Source: Fibrobacter succinogenes subsp. succinogenes S85
Lineage (GTDB): Bacteria; Fibrobacterota; Fibrobacteria; Fibrobacterales; Fibrobacteraceae
DNA: 32,000 bases
Assembly (NCBI RefSeq): GCF_000146505.1
Contig: NC_017448.1
Coordinates: 1,170,001 to 1,202,000 of the forward strand
Direction: 5' to 3'
This document shows, in pieces, positions 1 through 7,013 of this stretch. The notes below the pieces were generated by a model that was not told the origin of the DNA, made no database searches, and saw only the letters and a list, made by a program, of their open reading frames with translations. The translations under genes and the position numbers were made by a program. Within the stretch, counting starts at the first letter, position 1. Every line of letters starts with the position of its first letter.

Positions 1-72
1 GAAGTAATATGCTAGCTATGGGGTATGAGCACGGCACTTCGTGCCTTTGGGCTATGGGGTATTAGGGAAGAC

Positions 73-104
73 AAAAAACGCGCTCCGGATATCCAGAGTG
101 CGTT
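73..104 (-). terminator. Intrinsic terminator candidate downstream of the DUF3332-like gene
   Basis: The minus strand reads AACGCACTC-(10 nt loop)-GAGCGCGTT followed by TTTTTT. Eight of nine stem positions pair; the ninth is A.C on this strand and G.U on the plus strand. Confidence 0.5.
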
Positions 105-128
105 CTAATGACGAAATTTATTTGTCGA

Positions 129-560
129 TTACTTTTCGATTTCGTACTGGGCAACGAGGTCGCCATTGGAATCGAGAGCACGGACGACGTTTTCATCGCG
201 CTGGAGAGTGAGGTTAGAGACTTCGCCCTTAGCAGAGGTGAACTGCACAGAGAGAGAGCCGTCTTCGTTCTTCACAGCAGCAACGGAGTTGCCCTGGGCA
301 TCCTTTTCATAGTAGGAATCGCCAGCTGCAAACGGATTGGAACCCGTCCAGAATTCGATGGTGTTCACGAAGAGGAAGTCTACAAAGAAGAAGCAAAGGC
401 CATAAGCCGGAGTTGCAAGGAAGTGAACCAAGGACTTAGCCCACTTGTTGCTGATTTTGCCAATGGCGTTGTGGAGCCACTTGGTGGAACCGTAACTACC
501 ATAGCAGCCGGAGAGGACGATCATGCCTGCGCAAAGAGCAGCGAGGATACCTTTTTTCAT
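129..560 (-). CDS. DUF3332-family lipoprotein
   Basis: 143-aa ORF with AAGGAG 9 nt upstream of the ATG and a signal peptide with lipobox (VLSGC). It carries the family-typical stretch ending in NTIEFWTGSNPF. The overlapping + strand ORF 108..632 has none of these features. Confidence 0.7.
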   Translation of the reverse strand: MKKGILAALCAGMIVLSGCYGSYGSTKWLHNAIGKISNKWAKSLVHFLATPAYGLCFFFVDFLFVNTIEFWTGSNPFAAGDSYYEKDAQGNSVAAVKNEDGSLSVQFTSAKGEVSNLTLQRDENVVRALDSNGDLVAQYEIEK

Positions 561-659
561 GTTTACAAACTCCTTATAATTTGGTGTTTTAGTTTTGTCA
601 AAAATATAAGAAAGAACACCGGTATTTGCTAGAGGAAGAGCGCCGTGTGTATCATAAAT

Positions 660-1037
660 TTACAATCCATGATTCATGGCAGTGAGTAAAGTCACATGCG
701 GTTCAAGGACCCGAAGACGTTTCATGTCTTTCGGTTTTACCCACCGAAAATCGTCATACCCATATATATGGATAAAATTCTTGCAAAGCTCGACATCGTA
801 AGCCAAAAGACGCCCTCCGCCTCCACAGGAAAAATCCACCGCTCCGGCAGGCCGTAAAGACACAGGAATATCCGTCAAACGCTCAAAAAAGCCCCTTTCG
901 AGGGCATCTTCTGCGGTTTCACCCTCTTCCAAGACTTCGGTCGGGAGCTCCCAGAATCCTGGAAAAAGCATCCCAGAGCCCCTTTTGCACATCAAAACAC
1001 GCCCTTTTCTGTGAACAAACCCACAAATAGCCATCAT
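660..1037 (-). CDS. NUDIX-fold protein with a degenerate Nudix box
   Basis: The track ORF runs to 1118, but AGGAGG lies 6 nt upstream of the ATG at 1037 (MMAICGFVHRKGRVLMCKRG...). The sequence PGFWELPTEVLEEGETAEDALERGFFERL aligns to the MutT Nudix box, but REUxEE reads RGFFER. Confidence 0.65.
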   Translation of the reverse strand: MMAICGFVHRKGRVLMCKRGSGMLFPGFWELPTEVLEEGETAEDALERGFFERLTDIPVSLRPAGAVDFSCGGGGRLLAYDVELCKNFIHIYGYDDFRWVKPKDMKRLRVLEPHVTLLTAMNHGL

Positions 1038-1157
1038 TTTGCCCCTCCTGAACGAACCTTCGCAACTTTTTGCTTGCATTTCTTTTATTTTTTTAATAAA
1101 TCTACAAATATCATACATACTTGATACATTTGAAGTTTTGGAATCAGGAGGTGAATC

Positions 1158-2711
1158 ATGAATGCGATAACTAAAGTGACTAGTATTATTACAGCTATTG
1201 CAGTTTCATCCATTTTTGCAGCCAAGGCACCCGTAGCTAAACCCGCCGCCAAAAAGCAGGAAGCTCTGACCGTCTGGATTATGCCAAACGGCGCATCGCC
1301 ACAAGAAAAACTTGAACAGAGATTAAACCTCTTTACCAAGAAAACAGGAATCAAGACAAAAGTCACCGTTCTGGACTGGGGTGTAGCCTGGAACCGCATC
1401 ACGACGGCACTTGCCACCGGCATAGACGCACCAGACGTATTACAGCTCGGCACAACATGGGTCCCGTACTTTGCTTCCCGCGGCGAAATCAAGCCTTTGA
1501 ACGAATGGCTCACACAAATTGATTCCACGAGGTTCGTTCCCGTCAGCTGGAACACGACTCATATCGACTCCGACACGACCATCTATTCCGTTCCGTGGTT
1601 CATCGATATCCGCCCAATTTTGGCCAACAAACGCATTCTCAAGAAGAACGACATCAATCCTGACGATGTCTCTACATTTGATGGATTCGTTAAAGCCATC
1701 CGCAAGGTGAACAACAGCCACGAAATGCTCGACGACGGCACCAAGGTCCGCGCATTTGCATTCCCGGGAAAGAACGACTGGAATATCCCGCACAACTTCG
1801 CCCCGTGGGTCTGGAGCAACGGCGGTAACTTCATCGAAAAAGACAATAGCGGTAAATGGAAGGCCGCCATCCTTACGCCAAAGACCATTTACGGTATCGC
1901 AAAGTACCTGAGCTTTGTGCTCGATACTCTTGTAAGCACCGAAGCCTTGCAGATGAACACGGCTCAGATCGTGCAACACTTTAACGCAGGCGAACTCGCC
2001 TTCATCGTGAACACGTCCGAAGTCATTATGCAGACCCGTTTCGATGGCGCCAAGGGCGGTCTTAACAACACGAAAATCGGTAAAGACAGCGTGATGGCAC
2101 TCCCCATCCCGACAGGCACGGAAGGTTCTGTCAGCTTTATCGGCGGAAGTAACCTCGCCATCCCGACAGGCAACAAAAAGCAAGAATCTTTGGATCTTTT
2201 ACTTTATCTCACCAACGATGAAAACTTGGATGCATATACAAAGCAAATAGGCATGCTCCCCGCATCGAAGAAGGTTCTTGCCAACTGGTCCAAGGACGAC
2301 GACTACAAGACGCTCGTTCCTATGCTCGGCACAGGGCGTGCCTACACAGCCATTCCAGAATGGGGCGATATTGAACAGATCCTCGGATCCATGTTCAGCA
2401 CCATTTGGGACCATCTCGAAATCCCGGCGCTTTACTCCGAAGAAAAGATTTATGAAATCCTCGCGAATTATTCAAACGACATAAACAAGCACCTGAACCA
2501 CCCGATTTCCGGAGACCTCACATTCGCAGAATTCCGCGAAACCTGGCACAAGGCCCTGGGCATCAAGGACGGAAACCAGAACAAGGGTATCGAAGAAAAA
2601 ACAAAGCCGACCGAAGAAAACGATTCCGGTTTCAGCCGTACCCCGTGGATTTTCGCCATCGCCGTGCTCTTCGGGTTCATTTTTGCGTTCACCCGTAGGA
2701 AAAAGCACTAA
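1158..2711 (+). CDS. Extracellular solute-binding protein (ABC family-1 sugar SBP type) with a C-terminal membrane anchor
   Basis: 517-aa ORF with AGGAGG 6 nt upstream of the ATG and an N-terminal signal peptide. The SBP-like core includes VWIMPNG and LDWGVAWNRITTALATGIDAPDVLQLGTTWVPYF. An extra tail ends in the hydrophobic helix WIFAIAVLFGFIFAF followed by RRKKH. Confidence 0.8.
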   Translation: MNAITKVTSIITAIAVSSIFAAKAPVAKPAAKKQEALTVWIMPNGASPQEKLEQRLNLFTKKTGIKTKVTVLDWGVAWNRITTALATGIDAPDVLQLGTTWVPYFASRGEIKPLNEWLTQIDSTRFVPVSWNTTHIDSDTTIYSVPWFIDIRPILANKRILKKNDINPDDVSTFDGFVKAIRKVNNSHEMLDDGTKVRAFAFPGKNDWNIPHNFAPWVWSNGGNFIEKDNSGKWKAAILTPKTIYGIAKYLSFVLDTLVSTEALQMNTAQIVQHFNAGELAFIVNTSEVIMQTRFDGAKGGLNNTKIGKDSVMALPIPTGTEGSVSFIGGSNLAIPTGNKKQESLDLLLYLTNDENLDAYTKQIGMLPASKKVLANWSKDDDYKTLVPMLGTGRAYTAIPEWGDIEQILGSMFSTIWDHLEIPALYSEEKIYEILANYSNDINKHLNHPISGDLTFAEFRETWHKALGIKDGNQNKGIEEKTKPTEENDSGFSRTPWIFAIAVLFGFIFAFTRRKKH

Positions 2712-2759
2712 CCAGTTGCAAATTCGTTAGTTATATTTCAAAAAAAGACGCAAAGAACT

Positions 2760-4460
2760 ATGGGTTTAAAATTTTCCAATCTCACAAACAGCATCATCAT
2801 CAAGAGTTTACTGCTCTTGATTGTCTCAATGCTTGTCATCGTGATGATTGGAACTTACGTTTTCACCCAGAGGCAAATGAAGACCACGCTTAAACTGAGT
2901 TACGATACCAACGAAACCCAGTTACAGCAACTCGCAAACACGGTCAACAACGAAATGGAGCAGTTTGCAAGTCGTCTGACTTTGTTGGCAAAGACTTCCG
3001 AAATTCAAAGCATGGACAAGCTCATAGCGGCCGGTTACCTCAAAAGCTTCAACATATCGTCGCTATTCATTTCGGGCGAATCCATATCGCTCTTTGACCG
3101 TAGCTACAATCTTGTCTGCAACAACTCCATGCTAGGCTCAACCAAGATAACCTACCCTATCGAGTTCAATAGAATTTCTCCTCACAGGCCGACCATTTCT
3201 CCATGGTTCCGCGACACCGACGGCACTCCCAAGCGAGCCTTTGGCGTTGTCGTTTCGGACAGAGCCATGGGTGATGGAAGACTGGTATCAAACTTTTCGA
3301 TTCGCCGACTCTGGAAATACTTTTCGGAATACAAAGTCGGGCAAAACGGCATTCTCATCGCATGCAATGGCCAAGGCGAAATCCTTTACCACCCGGATAT
3401 GAGAACTTGGCTTGACGGAATCCACAAGATTACGGAACTCGGACTTGGCGACATGAACATCAAGCAGGATAGCGATAATTCCATTCGTTTCGTAAAGCTG
3501 GACAATGGAAAATCCTACCTCATCAACAGGACTTTCAACCCGACTTACGACCTTGGTCTTATCGCCTTACAGCCTAAGACAGAAATTGATGCAATGGTTT
3601 CGTCGGTTCACCATGTCAGCCAAATCATTTTGTTCAGTTCGATTATCGCCATCTTGCTCGTGTCTCTTTGGCAGATTCTAATTGTGTGTAAGCCATTGAA
3701 CAACTTGATTGACCACATCTCGCAAATCACCGAAGGCAAGCTGGACATTGAAGAATTCAAGGCCAGGAGCAGCCAGGACGAAATCGGCAGACTTGCCAAG
3801 GTGTTCAACCAGATGCATGCGACCATCAAGCGGCAGATTCAGGAACTGAACGCGCATAGGGACATGCTTGAAAAAGAAGTCAAGGAACGCACATACGAGC
3901 TTGAACAAGCTAATAAAAAACTGGATTTGATTTCTAGAACGGATGAACTGACACAGTTGCCGAACCGCCGCGACATGCACAGGACTATCGAAAAGGAAGT
4001 CGACCGTGCAAACCGATTCAAAAAGGCGTTCAGCATCATCTTTATTGATATTGACCATTTCAAAGACGTGAACGACACGTACGGACATGCCGCAGGCGAT
4101 GCCGTGCTCAAGTCGGTCGCAAGCACCATTCGCAGTCTGTTGCGCAAGTACGATGTGCTCGCCCGCTATGGTGGCGAAGAATTCCTGACGCTCCTCCCCG
4201 AAACGGAACTGAAGGATGCAGCACACGTCGCCGAACGATTCCGCAAGCAGATTGAAAACCAGACCATCTTCTTTGGCGGCCAGGAAATCAAAGTGACGAT
4301 TACGCTTGGCGTAGCTCAGTTTGATAGCGGCCTTGGTGCAGAACGCTGCATCCAGCTTGCAGACAAGGCCCTTTACGAAGGCAAGGAACACGGCAGAAAC
4401 AGGGTCATCCTCTGGACGGACGATCAGGCCGTGGAAAGCACCGACAAGCCACTCGCATAA
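2760..4460 (+). CDS. Membrane sensor diguanylate cyclase (periplasmic Cache-like domain, HAMP, coiled coil, GGDEF)
   Basis: 566-aa ORF with two TM segments flanking a ~250-aa extracytoplasmic domain. A HAMP-like linker (DEIGRLAKVFNQM) follows. The GGDEF domain has GGEEF at nt 4170-4184 and an RxxD I-site (RKYD, nt 4143-4154) five residues upstream. Confidence 0.85.
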   Translation: MGLKFSNLTNSIIIKSLLLLIVSMLVIVMIGTYVFTQRQMKTTLKLSYDTNETQLQQLANTVNNEMEQFASRLTLLAKTSEIQSMDKLIAAGYLKSFNISSLFISGESISLFDRSYNLVCNNSMLGSTKITYPIEFNRISPHRPTISPWFRDTDGTPKRAFGVVVSDRAMGDGRLVSNFSIRRLWKYFSEYKVGQNGILIACNGQGEILYHPDMRTWLDGIHKITELGLGDMNIKQDSDNSIRFVKLDNGKSYLINRTFNPTYDLGLIALQPKTEIDAMVSSVHHVSQIILFSSIIAILLVSLWQILIVCKPLNNLIDHISQITEGKLDIEEFKARSSQDEIGRLAKVFNQMHATIKRQIQELNAHRDMLEKEVKERTYELEQANKKLDLISRTDELTQLPNRRDMHRTIEKEVDRANRFKKAFSIIFIDIDHFKDVNDTYGHAAGDAVLKSVASTIRSLLRKYDVLARYGGEEFLTLLPETELKDAAHVAERFRKQIENQTIFFGGQEIKVTITLGVAQFDSGLGAERCIQLADKALYEGKEHGRNRVILWTDDQAVESTDKPLA

Positions 4461-4468
4461 ATAAGATC

Positions 4469-4489
4469 CGCAAAATTTCTATTTTTGCG
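4469..4489 (+). terminator. Weak hairpin between the diguanylate cyclase gene and dusA
   Basis: CGCAAAA-(7 nt)-TTTTGCG, an AT-rich stem of 7 bp with no separate U-tract. Confidence 0.2.
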
Positions 4490-4492
4490 TTC

Positions 4493-5530
4493 ATGAACAT
4501 TGACTTCAACCGTAGACTATCCATCGCTCCGATGCTTGACTGCACGGACCGCCACGAACGTTATTTCTTGCGTTTGCTTTCCAAGCACATTCTGCTTTAC
4601 AGCGAGATGGTCGTCTCTACGGGGCTTCTGCATTGCGAAAACAAGGACTTGTTCCTCGGACACGAACCGTTTGAACACCCGGCTGTGTTGCAGCTCGGCG
4701 GTAGCAATCCGGCGGATCTTGCCTCGGCCTCAAAGCTCGTGGAAGCGGCTGGCTTTAGCGAAGTCAACTTGAATTGCGGTTGCCCTTCGGACCGTGTGCA
4801 GAACGGGAACTTTGGCGCGTGCCTCATGAAAGAGAAGAACGTTGTCGCCGATTGCTTCAAGGCGATGCAGGACGCCGTTTCAATTCCTGTTTCTATCAAG
4901 TGCCGCATTGGGGTCGATGACCTGGACAGCTGGGAATTTTTCACAGATTTCATCCAGACCGTGCGTGATGCAGGCTGCAAAATTTTCATCGTGCATGCGC
5001 GCAAAGCTTGGCTCAAGGGACTCTCGCCTAAGGAGAACCGCGAAGTGCCGCCGCTCCATTACGAGTTCGTCCACCGCCTCAAGGCGGAGATGCCGGAGCT
5101 GAACTTGAGCATCAACGGAGGCATCAAGACGCTCGACCAAATTGAAGAACAGCTGAAAGATTTGGACGGCGTGATGGTCGGTCGCGAAGCCTACGAGAAT
5201 CCGTGGTTCCTGCACGATGCCGATGCAAGAATCTTCGGGGATGTCCGCCCAGAAAGCAACGACCCGGCTGAGATTATTGCCGGAAACGCTCGCCCCGCCA
5301 CAAGAAAGGCGCTCCTCGAAGCCTACCTCCCCTACGTCGAGAAGCAGACTGCCGAAGGCTGCCCCGCGACGATTCTCGTGAAGCACCTCTACGGGCTTTT
5401 TGCAGGACTCCCGGGCGCCCGCAAATTCCGCGCCACGCTCAGCAACGAGAGCCCCCGCGCCCACCTTTACGGAGGTGCCGCCGCCCTCATCCGAAAAGCG
5501 ATGGAACTCGTTGGTGAGACTAGAGACTAG
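4493..5530 (+). CDS. dusA: tRNA-dihydrouridine synthase A
   Basis: 345-aa ORF. The N-terminus RLSIAPMLDCTDRHERYFLRLLS, the motif NLNCGCPSDRVQNGNFGACLM and the overall length are typical of DusA. Confidence 0.9.
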   Translation: MNIDFNRRLSIAPMLDCTDRHERYFLRLLSKHILLYSEMVVSTGLLHCENKDLFLGHEPFEHPAVLQLGGSNPADLASASKLVEAAGFSEVNLNCGCPSDRVQNGNFGACLMKEKNVVADCFKAMQDAVSIPVSIKCRIGVDDLDSWEFFTDFIQTVRDAGCKIFIVHARKAWLKGLSPKENREVPPLHYEFVHRLKAEMPELNLSINGGIKTLDQIEEQLKDLDGVMVGREAYENPWFLHDADARIFGDVRPESNDPAEIIAGNARPATRKALLEAYLPYVEKQTAEGCPATILVKHLYGLFAGLPGARKFRATLSNESPRAHLYGGAAALIRKAMELVGETRD

Positions 5531-5550
5531 AGACGAGAGAAGAGAGAAAA
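5516..5550. repeat. Five tandem degenerate heptamers spanning the dusA stop codon
   Basis: The sequence reads GAGACTA GAGACTA GAGACGA GAGAAGA GAGAAAA. TAG occurs at two unit junctions (5521 out of frame; 5528 is the dusA stop). Confidence 0.7.
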
Positions 5551-5567
5551 CAAGCAATCTCTCGTCT
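5531..5567 (+). terminator. Perfect 10-bp hairpin immediately after dusA
   Basis: AGACGAGAGA (5531-5540) pairs with TCTCTCGTCT (5558-5567) across a 17-nt loop. TTCGTCT follows, so the U-tract is poor. Confidence 0.4.
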
Positions 5568-5622
5568 TTCGTCTGTAGCCCCCAAAGCGGGCGTTCTTTC
5601 GTCTAAAATTCTTCCCTACCCC

Positions 5623-5651
5623 TTGACAAGCGAATAAAATTTTTCTCTATT
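5623..5651 (+). promoter_or_regulatory. Candidate sigma70-like promoter for the small basic ORF
   Basis: TTGACA at 5623-5628, a 17-nt spacer, then TCTATT at 5646-5651 (4 of 6 matches to TATAAT). Confidence 0.25.
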
Positions 5652-5693
5652 TGGTGGCGTATTTTTAAGTTTAACCTTTAACGGAGATACAAC

Positions 5694-5789
5694 ATGCCTT
5701 GCGGAAAGAAAAGAAAGCGCAGGAAGATTGCGACTCACAAGCGTAAGAAGCGCCGTCGTCGTGACCGTCACAAAAAGAAACTTCGCTAA
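5694..5789 (+). CDS. Small, highly basic protein (31 aa), absent from the ORF track
   Basis: The ORF runs from ATG at 5694 to TAA at 5787-5789 and encodes MPCGKKRKRRKIATHKRKKRRRRDRHKKKLR (20 of 31 residues are K or R). GGAG lies ~9 nt upstream and a hairpin with T-run follows. It resembles the ~30-aa basic proteins annotated in FCB-group genomes as AURKAIP1/COX24-domain proteins (from memory). Confidence 0.6.
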   Translation: MPCGKKRKRRKIATHKRKKRRRRDRHKKKLR

Positions 5790-5825
5790 TATCCGTTAGC
5801 ATTTTCTTGTGATTTCCTGTAAAAG

Positions 5826-5850
5826 ACGGAGTGTAAAAGCTCCGTTTTTT
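5826..5850 (+). terminator. Intrinsic terminator candidate after the small basic ORF
   Basis: ACGGAG-(8 nt loop)-CTCCGT followed by TTTTTT. Confidence 0.4.
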
Positions 5851-5899
5851 CGTTTTTCATTTAGAAAAGTGACCAATTTTAGCGACAAAAAGACATCTG

Positions 5900-5915
5900 T
5901 TGATTCACAAATCAA
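5900..5915. promoter_or_regulatory. Inverted repeat (operator candidate) upstream of argF
   Basis: TTGATT-CACA-AATCAA, a perfect 6+6 palindrome ~35 nt upstream of the argF ATG. It is ARG-box-like in layout only. Confidence 0.3.
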
Positions 5916-5949
5916 ACGATAAATAGGGACAACCCCCAAAGGAAACCAA

Positions 5950-6909
5950 ATGATAGATCGCAACAAACACTTCCTCCGCCTCATGGACTGGAGTGAAGAA
6001 AAAGTTCTCGAAACCATCGAGATTGCCTCGCGTCTCAAGGCTGAAGTTCACGCTGGTAAGGTCTCTGACCGACTCCACGGCCAGAACATCGCCATGTTCT
6101 TCGAAAAACCGTCGCTGCGAACTATTACGACTTTCCAGGTGGGCATGAACCAGCTCGGCGGCCACGCCGTGCTTCTCTCCCCGGATTCTATTGGTCTCGG
6201 CAAGCGCGAAAGCGTCAAGGATGTCGCCCGCTGCCTCAGCCGCTGGGTCAACGCCATTGTGGTCCGTTGCTTCAAGCAGCAGCTCGTCGAAGAACTCGCT
6301 GAATACGGTTCCATTCCGGTTGTGAACGCTTTGACTGATGACTATCATCCGTGCCAGGCAATCGCTTTTGCCCAGATGATCAACGAAAGCCTCGGCGGAT
6401 TCAAGAACGCCGATGGCAAGCCGAAGACAGTCGCCTTCATCGGTGACGGCAACAACGTAGCGAACTCCTTCCTCGCCCTCGCCGCAAAGGTCGGCATGAA
6501 CTTTACGCTAGCCTGCCCGAAGGGCTTTGAACAGCCCGCCAAGGTTGTCGAAGAAGCGGAGGCCGGCTTGAAGAAGCACGGTTGCCAGTACCGCGTTTTC
6601 CACGATCCGAAGGAAGCTGTCAAAGACGCCGACATCCTCTATAGCGACGTTTGGGTTTCTATGGGTCAGGAAGGCGAAAAGGCAACCAAGCAAAGCCACT
6701 TCTTGCCGTTCCAGATTAACGACGAACTCTTGAAGCTCGCTCCTTCTCACTGCAAGGTCAGCCACTGCTTGCCGGCTCACCGCGGCGAAGAAATCACGGA
6801 CTCCGTGATGGACAATCTCGACGTGAACATGAGCTTCGAAGAAGCCGAAAACCGCCTGCACGCTCACAAGGCTGTTCTCTGGCAGGTGATGACGCCGTTC
6901 AACAAGTAA
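5950..6909 (+). CDS. argF: Ornithine carbamoyltransferase
   Basis: 319-aa ORF with the HPCQ, DVWVSMGQE (SMG loop) and HCLPAHRGEE motifs of canonical OTCases. The carbamoyl-phosphate motif reads SLRTI rather than STRTR. Confidence 0.85.
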   Translation: MIDRNKHFLRLMDWSEEKVLETIEIASRLKAEVHAGKVSDRLHGQNIAMFFEKPSLRTITTFQVGMNQLGGHAVLLSPDSIGLGKRESVKDVARCLSRWVNAIVVRCFKQQLVEELAEYGSIPVVNALTDDYHPCQAIAFAQMINESLGGFKNADGKPKTVAFIGDGNNVANSFLALAAKVGMNFTLACPKGFEQPAKVVEEAEAGLKKHGCQYRVFHDPKEAVKDADILYSDVWVSMGQEGEKATKQSHFLPFQINDELLKLAPSHCKVSHCLPAHRGEEITDSVMDNLDVNMSFEEAENRLHAHKAVLWQVMTPFNK

Positions 6910-6931
6910 GCGTCAAGTCTTGATGAAATTC

Positions 6932-6956
6932 GCCCGGCATCACCGCCGGGCTTTTT
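6932..6956 (+). terminator. Rho-independent terminator of argF
   Basis: GCCCGGC-ATCACC-GCCGGGC followed by TTTTT. Confidence 0.85.
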
Positions 6957-7013
6957 CATTGTCAGCCCTCCCCTAAATAGCTATATTTGGACTCGTTTTA
7001 AAAGGAGTTGCGA

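Noticed and set aside
108-632. 174-aa + strand ORF
   Set aside because: It is antisense to the DUF3332-like lipoprotein gene, which has an SD, a lipobox and family motifs. It has no signal of its own.
561-659. TTGACA-17-TATAAG promoter-like match upstream of the DUF3332-like gene
   Set aside because: The putative -10 overlaps the AAGGAG Shine-Dalgarno. A transcript starting there would lack the RBS, so the match is probably fortuitous or uses a different -10.
1085-2183. Minus-strand ORFs 1085-1555 and 1440-2183
   Set aside because: They are antisense to the solute-binding protein gene. The first also runs through the divergent promoter region, and neither has recognisable motifs.
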